NCBI GenBank assembly: GCA_000708835.1 | Contig: DF237107.1 | Location: forward strand, 101,479 to 165,478 | Direction of reading: 5' to 3' | Source of the DNA: Klebsormidium nitens | Taxonomy: Eukaryota > Plantae > Klebsormidiophyceae | Length of the DNA: 64,000 nucleotides | In this document: piece by piece, positions 23,730 through 36,003 of the stretch | Layout: every line of letters starts with the position of its first letter | Position numbering within the stretch: position 1 is the first letter of the stretch | Notes under the pieces: model-generated | What the model saw: only the letters and a program-made list of their open reading frames with translations | Database searches by the model: none | Told to the model about the DNA's origin: nothing | Program-made: the position numbers and the translations under genes

Positions 23730-25021
23730 TTGAAGCGATCAGGGTGCTTTGTCTTTTTAACTCCCAACGCACAAAAGCAGTCGAATACGGGCCGGGCACT
23801 AAGCATAATCGTCATTTGAATAGGTCCCGCAGGTATTATTGATGCAGAGTACATACGCCGATGCAGACTACTTAGCCGGGTGGTCCGACTACTGCTGTCG
23901 AGGACGTTCGAACACAAAGCGAACAGACAATCCATCTACTGGTATGATAATCGGTCCAGCGTTTGGCAAACAGATATGTTTACAGTACGTACATCAGCTG
24001 TTGTTCTTGCCGTGTTCTACTTTGGGTGACACGACTAACCGGATGGCATTCGTGTAGCTAAGCGGCACGACAACGTCTGCCGATTTTGCGCGCTGATTGC
24101 AATGATGTCGTGAAGGCTTTAACATTTGGTACAGGCACAATAAGCTAGCTAAGCGAAGCTAAGCTCTCCCTTAGGCTCGCGTGCATGACGTGCGCGCGGC
24201 CCCCTTTCAATTGCTCTACAGCGCATATGAAACCATAACCGACTGGACTGCATGTTTGATATCGTTTTGACTCGACATGCATGACATGATTGCTCTTGCA
24301 TCATTCACAGGCGCGGCCTGCGATCGATCTGGACGGTTAACGCAACACTTATAGCTAGATATCCAATCATGGCATCAAATTTCCTATAGATCGATACTGC
24401 ATGTGGGCCGCCTTTTCATTGGTTGCATCCGGGCAATTATAAACCGGGAAAATTTGTGGGTCAATTTGCGCAGCCGCCTGCATGAGTACGCATATATTGA
24501 AATATATATAGGCGCCCGCGGTGGCAGCTGCCGCGGATCATGCTCAATATACCAAAACTTATGCATTGCAAATAATGATTCATCTAGGTATCCATATCCG
24601 GCCCGTCGCAATCAGTATACATGAGCTGTGACATGCATGGTAACACGCGTGCGTGCAGTCCAGCATGGGCTCAGCAACCGACCAGCGCATCATGTGAATT
24701 GCTAGAGCGTGCCAACTATATACCAGATTTCTGTGCCAAATTCATATCCATAGAACAGCAACTCACTCAAATGAGTTGTTTGTGCTTCGAATAGAGAGGC
24801 CATGGGGGGGCAGGTTGCTTGCATCTGCAAACCGCTGTTTGGCAAAGCAGACAGGAGCTCAATGACTCGCACTTCTATTCTTTTGGCTGAAATCTAAGTA
24901 CCGCCATTCCCTTAAGCAGCAAAACCATCAACTAGGTCAATTACCGTAACCATGGCAGTCGAATTGACTGCGGGGGTGGACGGACTCAATACGGTCTACA
25001 AACCCCCTCAGAGTTACGATC

Positions 25022-27945
25022 CTACCGCGAGCCTACCGCAGCCTTCTCCATCACGCCCTCTAGAGCAATGTCTACGGCGTCTTTCCATGCCGACCCGACA
25101 TGTTCCTTTCCGTACACAATCCTCGGCACGAGGTCCACTATCGCGCTCTGCATCCGTTTCCTCCTTGCCTCGTCGATCGCCTCTAGCTCTGCATATAAAG
25201 ACCAGCTCTCACTGACCAGACGTTCTGGGGCAATGAAAACCGACACTTCGGACGCGTTCACACCGAGAGCTTCCTCGTACTGCGACTGGAAGCTGTCCGT
25301 GTGGAAGAAGATGGGAATGCACCCCGCGAGGAGCGCGTCAAAAGTGGACCGCCGGGTGGGGCTGTCGCCCTGCGGCTGGAGACAGAACGTGGACCTGCGA
25401 GACGGTTACACGTGTCAGAGCGCGAACGACATGTACTTCGCAACCAGGGATGCGAATCACAAGAAACGACAATAGACCGTTACCCAGCTTCAGTTGCTTC
25501 GTGGATGTTCTGCGGGAGGCGGTGTTCATAAAACGTTTTGGACGAGAATGCGGTCGTATCGAAGCCAGGCGTCGAAACATGGGACGTTTCTCACACCCAC
25601 ATGAGTTCATATAAGGCCGTTCACGTCAATGTGACAGGTAAAAAGGCGCGGTTCAGGAACAAATGAAGGGACGATCATTTGCGAAAGTTTCATGTGTTGA
25701 CCGCATGTTCTAGTCTTCGCAGTATGCTTGGGTGGATAAATGGAAGTCCTTTCTGCCCCGCTTCAAGCGAGACTCCTGTGATTGATATTAGAAGCAGCAC
25801 ACGGCACTGGTCGTAAGTGCTACTAGGAGCTCCAAAGAGCGCGATACGCCTCGAAATCCCTCAAGGGAATCTACTTGCATCCCTGATAATCCTCGAACAG
25901 ACGTCCACCAACGAACTTGATCTGAAAAAGCGGTGAAGTGACGGCTCGACCGTTCTCCTTACTCCTCAACCGATAATTCCAGCCCAATTTTCAAAACCAA
26001 ATCTGGACCTTTAAATCTCACTTCGGACCAGAGGTGAGGACGAACCCTCACCGCATGAAAAGGTCGTGTAGGGCGCTCGGAGAGCAGTTGTCCTGGACGT
26101 AGTCACAGACCACCAAGCGGCACTTGTCGCGCATTCGCTCGCACTCGTGCGCCAGCCGGGCGCGCAACTGGGCGGTGCCAAAACGCTGCGCCCAGATGCC
26201 GTACGGTCTGTAGGACGAGAAATATCTTCGAATCGAGGTGTGCAAAAAGTAATCTGAGCGCTACTGTTGTTTTGATAGTGAACGTACTCGTGTGCTCGCA
26301 AATGGGCGCTGCAATACCGCTGCTCCCAGATGCCGTACGGTCTGCGTAAACAGAAAAGTTTTGATAACGAGTAAAACCGGATCATTTGGACCCTATTCTC
26401 GTTTCGGTAACGGACGTCTTCCTGTGCACGCAAGTGGGCGGCGTCAAAACGCTGTGCCCGGGGTATACACGGCCTATACGACGATAATCTTCAACAAACC
26501 CAGAGCTATTGAATCTTGACGGGTAGAATATGCTTCCAGCGTATTCTGGTGATTTGAGGGAACCGCCAGCTGTTGTAAATGAGCAACTATGGGCCAAATG
26601 AAGCGGCCCGTGCAGTAGGTACTATAGATATTCCAAAATGTGTGATTTCGCAGAGAGCAACTGCAACACAATGCTGTCGAAAGAAGCGGTAGATTCGAGG
26701 AGAATCTCCCCGCAACCTAAGAACTGCCAACAGATGTGATTCTCGCAAGTCCTGAATGAGCATAGCCCACATGAAAGCGAAAGCCGTGTAAATTTCGATC
26801 CAGAATGTCAAGCAGAGGCGTCAAAAGCGAACTGCCTTGACAGCCCAGCTTCGTCGACTTTAGTACAGCCTGTTTGAAAGCCCAAGTGTTTTAATCCCCG
26901 GCCCCTCACAAGCTGGGTTACAGAACAAAGCAAGACGTAATGCAATTCAACAATAAAGGCTGCCCGTCATCAGCGAAGCTGCTTTCGTAGCGCAGGTAGG
27001 CTTCGACTCATCATCCATCAAAAAGGGAAAGGGGACTAACGTGATAACTACGCACCTTCCCACCGCCCCCGCATAGCTCACCAGGATATCTCTGGCTGCC
27101 CCTCTCACGCTTCTCCGGTGCCTATTCACATCCGCCAGCTCGGCTGGGTGAAACCCTGTCGGGTACGGCACACCGATCTCCCTCCCCGTCCTGAACCCCT
27201 CTTGATTCCACCCCGCCTCAATCATCAGCTTGGTCACGTTCCCTAACCAGGTCACAAACCCGTGACAAAATCCAAACTCCATCCCCATCCTCCCAAACGC
27301 CATAAAATGGTCCAAACCCCTGCGCTTCTGAAAGTATGGGGAGGTGACCAGCGGGTTAAGGACCCGGTTAAAGCGGTCCACCGCGGCGGCCTGGTTGCCC
27401 CACGAACGCTTAATCTCGAGGCCGGTGTAAAAAGGCACGTAGTAGAGCTGGGCTTCGGACGGGTCCCCCACGCGGCAAGGGTGCCCCCGCAGGCGGTGGT
27501 GGAGCAGGACCTCTAGAGAAAACTGGTTAGTGCGGAACCAGCTGCAATTAACCACAACGTCCGATCCTGCATTGGAGTCTGCCGTAGCGGAAGCCTCTTT
27601 TGACCCTGCTCGGTTAAGGGCCTCCCGCCTGCATAGCTCTGCGTCTGGCTCGCCGCGCCCCTCGTTTTGCAGAGCATCGCACATGCTGTGACCTCCCAGG
27701 TTTCCACATCTCTCCACAATCTCTTCGTTATACGGAGTCACTAAGTCCTCGTATACGTACAAGTGCTTGCTTGCACAGGCGTCTGGGCTCGCCATATCCA
27801 ATGCCACCCGTGCATCGCTTAAAGCAGCTCGTGCGGTTCCTTTCTCATCGGTGGACTGGAGGTAGCTCACAAAATGGTAGACGGAAAGAAGTGCCCACAG
27901 AATCAGGACCAATCTCAGTGCATGGCTGCAGCCTAATCCCTTCAT
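25022..27945 (-). CDS. Exostosin/GT47 glycosyltransferase, MUR3/KATAMARI1 (xyloglucan galactosyltransferase)-like clade; complement join(25022..25394,26052..26207,27056..27945), ~472 aa
   Basis: N-terminal type II membrane anchor; WFRTNQFSLEVLLHHRL, LYYVPFYTGL, DHFMAFGR, VPYPTGFHP, STFCLQPQGDSPTRRSTFDALLAGCIPIFF. Confidence 0.9.
26280..26473 (-). repeat. Two decayed tandem copies of the acceptor plus 5' part of GT47 exon 2 (starting at 26473 and 26341; real exon starts at 26207)
   Basis: Copies read RPCIPRAQRFDAAHLRAQ and RPYGIWEQRYCSAHLRAHE versus real RPYGIWAQRFGTAQLRARLAHE. Both keep an AG acceptor. Offsets are 132 and 134 nt. Confidence 0.85.
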
Positions 27946-30021
27946 TACGTCCGACCTCACTTTACCTCTGCTCCCACAGAGTGTATTTAATCAGGTCCAC
28001 TTCAGCTTGAGTGCCCCCATTGTGTATTACAAAAAGATGCACTAAACTAGCTGACCTTAGGAAACGGATCAATCAAATGCAGACTCGTGCACGATTTTGA
28101 AGAGCTGGACCAATAATGTTGAGCACATTAGAACGTTCTACGTCACATTGATTGCTCCCATTGCTCAAGGGGCAATAACACCAACTAGCGCACTAGCTGG
28201 ACCAATCTCATTAACGTCGGAGCACAAGCTAAGGAACTAGTAGCAGCAGGAAGTCCTAGTTTTGCAGCTAGCAATCCATCTTCTGAAAACAGGGGTTGGT
28301 TTTCCTGTGAGGCGCAGTGCACATCATGTCTCCACCTCGCAGGCTGTTTGGCAGTTGCTTGAAAGAAAGCCACCAGAAGGCTGCCTTTTGACGATATTGA
28401 GCGGACCTTTTGAGCTGGCCTTGGAGGCCGCCAAGTGCTGCGAAGCGGTTGCATTCAAGCACGAGCTAGCAAAGCTGTAAGTATCACGCAAGGGCCGCCA
28501 TGCCACCTCCCACCATGCACGGCCGGCTTGGAGCCTGACAATGGGGAGCCCGAGACTAACACTGAAACAGCCTGGTGCTGCTCAACTCGGCGGAGCCTGA
28601 TCCAGGATGCTGTTTTGTGTAAAATTTTGCGAATTCGATGCTTAAATTTTGCATGTATGCCGCTGGCAGCTGCCCTTCGCCGTTAATACTACAAACGGCA
28701 TCAATCTAAGGAGCTTTGCAAATACCGTATGAGATGGAGTCTACCTGGCAGAAACGGTACTTTGCCAGCCGCCGTTGTGCAAAGCGGCAATGGAAGATCC
28801 TGTTCGCTGGAAGCTGCCAGCTGGCATGCCAAGGGAAACAAGTGGCGCAGCGTGCACGACATTCGTCAGGCCGCGCCAACAGCCGCGGGCATAATATGAG
28901 CATTGATGGAGGAGACGGGCTACAACTACAACTTCTTTTTGACACTAGGTACCTAATTGCGAGCGGTCACCTACCACTGCCAGCTGCCTTCAGAATGCAA
29001 CGCTGGTGTCGAACTTCAGCAGTAGAGTTACTTCTGGCATGTCTTTGGCCCTGGGCCAGCTAGCCTCCAGCTAGATACCTACCTACTGTAGGTATGCTCT
29101 AGCTAGGTATGTAGGTACCTAGGTATGCTACCAAGTTTTGGTCAATTTGGTGCATGCAGGATGTCCACAGGCTGAGCAATGCCATGAGCAGTGAGGACTG
29201 CGCCATGACCACATCTCCCCCAGCTGGAACAAGGGGGACCACATCCACTTCCCGCAAAATCTAAGTGGGTGGAGAAATCTTCATCTGAATCTGCCTGTAA
29301 ATCTTGATGCCTTGGCGGCTGACCTGGAAGCTTGAAAAGTGTTGGATGGAGAGGAGAAAGATACAGTACCTGGAAGCTCTCTGGAAGAAGCCACCATTTG
29401 GAATAAGCCTTGGAGGAAGCCTGCTTTTGCTGCTGTAGACGCCTGTCCCCTATCAATGTAGAAGGAGACAGTAGCGGGTGCTGAAAAGTGGTCTTTAGGT
29501 GGCGCCAATCCTATGCAAGGAAGAGCGAGGGGGTTGCTGTACATCGAAACACTTCGGGTTGGCTGAGCGAATGGCCAACTTCAGAGTGTTGCTACAAAGG
29601 GAGTGTGCCACCTTGGTCCAAAGCTGACGGCGGCTTCTTGCACAGGACGTTAGCATTCCATGCATATCAAGCCCTGGAAGTGTCCAGGTCTACTTCTGAA
29701 ACCACTCTGATCTTCAGCCGATCTCTCAAGAAGATTGAGCTGTCTGGTGGTGCTCATAAACCTGAACAAGAGGATTCTTCTGTTGACTATGCTCCACACT
29801 GTAGCAACCTTCATACATTCTTGATTGTAAAGGTGAACTGATAGCTTGAACTGTAGAGCCTCAGCCTCTGAGGCATTCAAACAGCCAACAGATCATTGGA
29901 CGCTACATGTAGCACCACAGAAGAAACCCTTGCAACCTTTGATACAACCACCAAGTTGTGCAACAGTATCCAACTTCCAGGAGGCCAATTTTAGCCCTTT
30001 CAAGTGCCAGCTGCTCAAAAG

Positions 30022-33000
30022 ATGATTCACCTTGCTCACCACTTATGGCTCCACGCAGTCCTTGCCATAGCAGGCGCCATCATATGCCTCTATTCTTTCA
30101 CAGCCAGGTTTTGGAAAGGTACACTGCTTATATCCGAGGTTATGGCAGCCACAGCTATAGGGGTGATCATTGGGCCAGCCGCCGCTGGCATAGTGGATCC
30201 TCAAGACGCATTTGCAGGCAAAGCACTGTACACAGTTGTTGAGCAGGTAAGCAGTTGGGATCATTTTGTATCTGTCAGTGCAAAAGAGATATTCTCCTTA
30301 AGAGTTGAGCTTCTTGCGTGACAGTGTAGATTGAGTGCTTAAAACGAGGGTCTGAGTTGCATTGGAGCGCTATTAAATCTGTCTGGACAGCATCAAGCTG
30401 AAGGAGGATGTTCTCAATGCAGAAGATTGCCCTCAATGTTTTGAGGGCAAGACGTGCTCCTCTTAGTATTAGCTTCCCAGCCCAGAGAATTGAAGCACTA
30501 CTTTCCTCACAGGTGCTGTGAATGCACTGTCTGCGCAGTGGCAGAGTCGTTCGACAGATGTTGGAATCTTGTCAAGTCCTGATGTTCTGGACTTCTTCTG
30601 ATCTCCGGTGCTCTGTCCATTGTTCCATCCAATGGCAGGGGTCTTCCCCCCGTTGTAAGTCTTAATGTTCATGACTTTTTCTAATCTCTGGTGTTCTCCA
30701 TCAATCCTTCAATCGTTTTGCAGGGGCCTGTTTCCAGAAACACACTGTGTTTCCATTGGCAAGCGCCTGCTAGCGAGGTTATCCAAGCCAAATCTACAGA
30801 GGTGGATCACATGAAAATCTCTGCTCTATCTGCTCCATTCTCTGGTGCGTGTCCAAGGCGTCTGCAGTGCAATTTCCAGTTGCAAGTTACTCAAACCCTC
30901 ACATTTTCCCTTTTTGCAGTTTTCCCGGATCATTCTGGCAATCCAGTCGATCTCCATCGCCCTCTCCCTCCCCACCCTATACTACGAGCGCAACTGGTTT
31001 TCGGTGCTCATGCTGGTTGGGCCTGTGATGCTCCTCACCTGGGCCGTCTCGTTTGGCTTCACAGCCGCAGTCTTTGCGGGGCAGTTTGGGTTGTTGCAGT
31101 GTTTACTCATTGCGGCAACGCTGATCCCTACTGACCCTGTGCTGGCGAGTACCATTGTGGATGGGCGCTTTGCAGAAACGTGAGCTCTGATTGCTTTTGA
31201 TCTGCATGCCTCGGTTCCCCGGTGTTTTTAATCTGCTTCCTTTGCTTGTCCCTGCTTCGTTTTCTTGGTCTGAGTGTCACTATTCCTGGTGTCTGGAATA
31301 TGCATGAGAAACGAAATGTGAGCTATTTGAGCAGTTCCCAAGTAGGCATAGCCTGGGACAAGTGAGCTGGATTGGGGAACCTCGCAAGGGTTTTCCAGCT
31401 GTGAAGCACGTGAATCTGGGGTGCCGGTTTTGATGCTTCACTATCCCTGAAGGCGAGAGCTAGTGCGACCCTGAATGAAACAGCATGGCTCCAATCTACG
31501 AACCGATCCTCTTGCAAAAAGAAAGATGCGCACTGTATTTCGTAAGGAGCAGTCCTTACTCCTCGCATCGCAGAAGTCGCAAGGGCGTTCCTTGGATCCG
31601 AAGTTATCTTAAAGTGGAAGTCGCTCTATCTGTCGGTTTCTAAAGCGCGTGCGCATTGCTGTTCCACACGAGTCTCGATTCTGTTGCGCTAGGCCTACCT
31701 TGAGTTGTATCAATGCCTTCGGCTCAGACTGAGCGAAAGTCTAAACCAAATATTAACTTCCTCCGCACCTGTATCCACCCAAGGAATCGTCCTCGAGAGT
31801 AGGTATAGAAAGCTCAAGTTATAGTACTGGGACGGGTAAAGCTAGTATGGGGATCAGGGTGGGTTCGGGTGCTTTGGACGTTTATTTGGGTTGAAGTCTT
31901 TGCAGTGTCATCTTACTACTACAAATTGAGCTTACTACAATGAGTCTACAGAAGTTTACCCTAAACCCCAAACCAGCCGCACCCTTCCCCAGAATGGTGA
32001 AGCAGATCAGCATAGCCGCAAGTCAACGTTACTCCGATCTTTCGCAGGTACCTCCCTGCGGAACTCCGCAACGTTCTTCAAGCGGAGGCTGCGGTGAATG
32101 ACGGGTTGTCGTACCCGTACTTCGCGATCGTGATGCTCCTGCTTAAGCCGAGACTGAGCACGGGGTCCGCCTTCGGCCACTGGTTCTACGAGGCGTGGGC
32201 GTACGAGGTGAGGCACCGTCTCATTTAACTCTCATTCTGTGGGGTGACGTCAGCACAGGCACCTCAGCCTTTTCGTTGAGTCTCTGAGAGATTTGCGGCG
32301 TAATGTCAGCGAGGAACCCGCACCTTTGACAATCAGGATTGGCAATGGTAATTGGGCGAGGGCTTCGTCATTGCGCGGGGTTGCAAGTACGTCCCATGCC
32401 GTCTCCAAGCACAGAAAGGTCTCGTCCGACTGGAAGTATGGTGGCAAAGTCCAACTCTCAGGCCACATGCTACCTTGACTGGCGGCACACTGGATTTTTG
32501 CTTCGTGTTGACGAGATTTTGGAGTTTTTGAAAACCATCTCAACCCAGTGCCCTGTCCCAGCCACTGCTTTACCGATGTCCTGGGCGCCTGTTTCGGCGG
32601 GGCGAATTCGAATGTTTAGCCAAGCTCTAAGATCAGAAACTAGATTATGATCATTCCTATTTTCTTTACATATTCTGTTGGGCATCGTGTTGGGCGTGTG
32701 TTGCGGCGGCTTCTGGCTTCTGGTCTTCTCCAAGGACCAGGTGCAATTCTTAACCCACGTAAACCAAACTCCAAATCCACGTAAACCAATTCCAAACCCT
32801 AGGCAAGACTTTGAATCAGAACTAGAAGATGTTCTATTTGTTCAACAGATTCTGCTGGGCATCGTGATGGGCGCATGTTACGGCGGCTTCTGCCGGCTGC
32901 TTCACACGTGGGGCCGCCGCTACAAGCTGGAGGAGCAGGACTCGTTCCTGGCTCACGTCATCGGAATGGCGCTGGGCGTCCTTGGACTCGTCACGCTCGT

Positions 33001-36000
33001 CGGTAAGAGGCCCGCAGCTGTTCGCAGATTCTCAAGGAAGAAAAGTCCAAGCCAAGGCAAACATAAGCTTCGACTTAACCTTGGGCTTCCTAACCCGGAG
33101 ATCTGCCCTCCAAGCTTCGCACGCCTCTCGCTTGAATCTGATTCTTAGGACCACGATGCACCGTCGGCAGTGCTTCCAGGACGGCCTTCTCGCGTTTCAA
33201 ACCGTTCGGTATTCAAAGTCGCCTTGTTTAAGCCGCAACTTCGTTCGGACTCCTTTGGCGTCCTCGCTGCGTCCGTCGTTGCATTCGGAGTTGTCATTTC
33301 TCTGACTGGCACTGAGAGTCCTATTGTGTCTTAAAATCCGGTCTATGTTAATTCCGCTATTTCAGCCCACGCTTAATTCTACCCCATTCTTACCTGTGTC
33401 CCGCTCCTTCACGTCCTTACGGCTCTTTTTGCGACCGTAGCCGGCATTGCGTACCTGTAACCTGTGGAGAAAGTTTAACGAACGGTAGGAGATGAAGCTC
33501 TTCTCTTCAAAGACCTACAGTATTATTGTATAGTGGATTGTGATTTTCAGATCTTCCTTGACCAAAACCCTCGGCGAAGGAATTAAGCCCGAACTTCCAA
33601 ACCTCTGAATCTGCAGGGGCTGAAGGCAACCTCGCCGCGACCGTCGCTGTCGGGAAACAATTTATAAAAGACGGGCGGTGAACCTTTTGCCGAGATCGTA
33701 GAGTAGGTTGGAAAACTGCGAGATCTCCTTGGCAAGGATTGATTACGATCTTCGGCCCAAACGTCCAAACCTCTGAATCTGGAGGCGTTGAAGGCATCCT
33801 GAGAACCGCAGTGCAGACGAGAATCTTCCAGACGTCCTCAGTTAAACCCCTCCAGCAAGAACCTTAAGCCTGATCCTCGAAACATTGAAATCCTGATATT
33901 CCAAAATCGCAGGCGCTGAAGGCATTCTCGCCGCGACCGTTGCCGGCATCGCATACACCGCGCGCGAGCCCCAGCGAGAGAGGGAGAAGTACGAAGCCAA
34001 GAGCGGCATTGAGCTCATTATCGTCATCTCATACTTTGTCTTCTTCGGGGCGATCCTGCCGTACCCACAGTGGGTCGAGATCGGGATAGGGAAGCTGATA
34101 CTGTTCAGCCTGGCGGTGATTTTCCTGCGGCGGACGCCCGTCGTGCTGCTGCTGAGCCCCTGGATCCCGGCGTTTGCGCGGCACAATGACCTGCGGGCAA
34201 CTCTGACTGAGGTAAGGCGGGAGAATCGGGAGAAAGCTCAAGCGGGACGCTTGTCGGAAAGGAAAGTTCGTCCTGATCGCCTCATTAAAGATTTCTAGCT
34301 GATTTAGAGCCTGTGAGTTCCAGCCTGGTGCGGCCGGACCGGACTCGCTTGTCGAAGCGAGTTCACGCAGCGTCTCTCCAGGAAGCGGAAGCCTTCGAGC
34401 TTTTGTAGACGGCCGTGAATACGTTCGCTTATGATCGTTGCCCGCCAATACTTGAGACCGAAGGGCAGCCGAAGCTCAGAGTTGTGGTCGAACTTCCCAA
34501 TCTAAGGAGGTTCTGAATGGGGAAAGTCTTCGGTTGATGACTTAGCTTCCTCCGCTCTTGCTGGAGTTCGACTGCCATACCAGCCACCTGGTAAAGCCGC
34601 CTTGCCGCGGCCGTAGCGACACGAAAGAAACGTGCGGACTTCCAATTCTTCCCGGGGGACTTTCTCCCCGCTGTTTCGACGCCCCCGGCGTTTGGCACCT
34701 CGTTTCCGGGAAATGGCACCCCCACTACTTTTTCATCCGGGGGGCGATTGAGCTGCTTCTCGGGGGGAGTTTGCGCCCCTCTTACGACCCCCGACGAGAG
34801 AGCACTCTGACAAAGGGCCACTGCCCATTTTCGTGATCAAGTCAGCCAACGTGCTGAGCAAACCCTGCGGACAAGTACTGTGCGTTGCGAGTGCCCATTT
34901 CTCTTGAACCTCGGAACTCCCGTCCCTCCAGGAACCGTTCGGCGGCTTCTACGGCCTTATCCTTTTTACGCAGCGGGCGCATTTATCGACCAGTTTACCG
35001 AGAAGATCTTGGAAGCAGAAACCGAGTACTACCCAATTTTCCCAGCTTTTGAAACCCTTCATTTTCAGGCCGCGTTCGGCGGCTTCTACGGCCCCATCGG
35101 CGTCGGCGCGCTCTTCTACGCGGCGGGCGCGTACTCCGAGCTGGGCGAGGACCGCGTCTTTGCGGTGGTCTCGTTCGTCGTGCTGACGTCAGTGATCGTC
35201 CACGGGCTGTCTGCCGCGCCCCTGTGCCTGACGGTGCACTACGCGCTCAAGCACTGGAACGAGGAACCGGTGCAGTCGACCGGGGGCGGGGTCACGGTGC
35301 CGCGGACACGGCACTGGCTGAAATACGGACAGTTCTGGGCGCACCTGTTCCACAGGTGGGGATGCCCCGAGTGTATTATGATCTCAGTTTTTCCCATGAA
35401 ATTCGTTTGCGAGCTGTAGCTGTCACAACCTGTAGGTTATCGAAGGCCCACCTATCCCGGGAATTGGGATGGTTGTGCTGTTTGGCATGTATTTAGCGAC
35501 GAGTGAGGTTCCCGCACACCCTTTATATTACCTCGATGAAATGCTGGTCAACTTCTTTCCACAGGTGGGTATGCGACATTGTTTGGCTCGTAGTAAGGAC
35601 GAGTGAGGTTTGCTTGCCTTTTTTTGATGGGCTGCTGGTAAACCGAGACGGACTCTGTTTGTGAACTGCTGGATTTCCAAAAAAAGGCCGCCGCGCTTTT
35701 CTCACAAATCCTAGATGCGCCTATAGAATTCAGTTGTGTAGATATCTGGACTTGTACTTTCCGATTGTCCGATAAGCTTGAGCAGATTTTTGGGGTTTTC
35801 CCTTTCTGATGGCGTTTTCAGGAGAGGGAGGGTAGAGGTCCGAGGTTCGTACCGAATGGATGTCGTCGACAGAAAGTGGGTCCGGCTGGGATTTGTAAAG
35901 ACGATTCTTTGGATGTCTCTGCAGGAACTTGAAGTACGATCATGAGCCAGATAGCGAGCCACCCATTGCCAGACACTCCATGGACGACGGCGACCAAGCC

Positions 36001-36003
36001 TGA
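30022..36003 (+). CDS. CPA1 Na+(K+)/H+ antiporter, Nha1/Sod2-like, paralog 2; join(30022..30246,30920..31179,32048..32207,32849..33002,33913..34211,35069..35355,35925..36003), ~487 aa
   Basis: Exons 1-5 have the same lengths as in paralog 1 (225, 260, 160, 154, 299 nt). Motifs IPTDPVLASTIV, LRNVLQAEAAVNDG and FYGPIGVG. The last exon NLKYDHEPDSEPPIAR is homologous to paralog 1 TLRYEHEPEHQPPIAR. Confidence 0.9.
32562..32725 (+). repeat. Two decayed copies of the 5' part of antiporter-2 exon 4 (starting at 32562 and 32672; real exon starts at 32849)
   Basis: 32672 reads ATT CTG TTG GGC ATC GTG TTG GGC GTG TGT TGC GGC GGC TTC with the acceptor changed to acAT; real reads ATT CTG CTG GGC ATC GTG ATG GGC GCA TGT TAC GGC GGC TTC. 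The 32562 copy keeps cag and contains tgggcgcctgtttcggcgg versus real tgggcgcatgttacggcgg. Confidence 0.75.
33431..33800 (+). repeat. Three decayed copies of the 5' part of antiporter-2 exon 5 (near 33431, 33617 and 33785; real exon starts at 33913)
   Basis: Copies read ATVAGIAY, ctgcag|GAEGNLAATVA and ggag|GVEGIL versus real GAEGILAATVAGIAY. The 33617 and 33785 copies share the upstream intronic string tccaaacctctgaatctg. Confidence 0.8.
34932..35010 (+). repeat. Decayed, frameshifted copy of the acceptor plus 5' part of antiporter-2 exon 6 (real exon starts at 35069)
   Basis: ctccag|GAA CCG TTC GGC GGC TTC TAC GGC...TTT TAC GCA GCG GGC GCA versus real GCC GCG TTC GGC GGC TTC TAC GGC...TTC TAC GCG GCG GGC GCG. 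Confidence 0.8.
35555..35610 (+). repeat. Decayed copy of the antiporter-2 exon 6 donor region
   Basis: ttccacaggtgggtatg repeats real ttccacaggtggggatg (around 35348); gacgagtgaggtt occurs at both 35498 and 35598. Confidence 0.6.

Noticed and set aside
31955-31970. Single CCCTAAA telomere-like heptamer (also TTTAGGG near 3965)
   Set aside because: Isolated single units are expected by chance.
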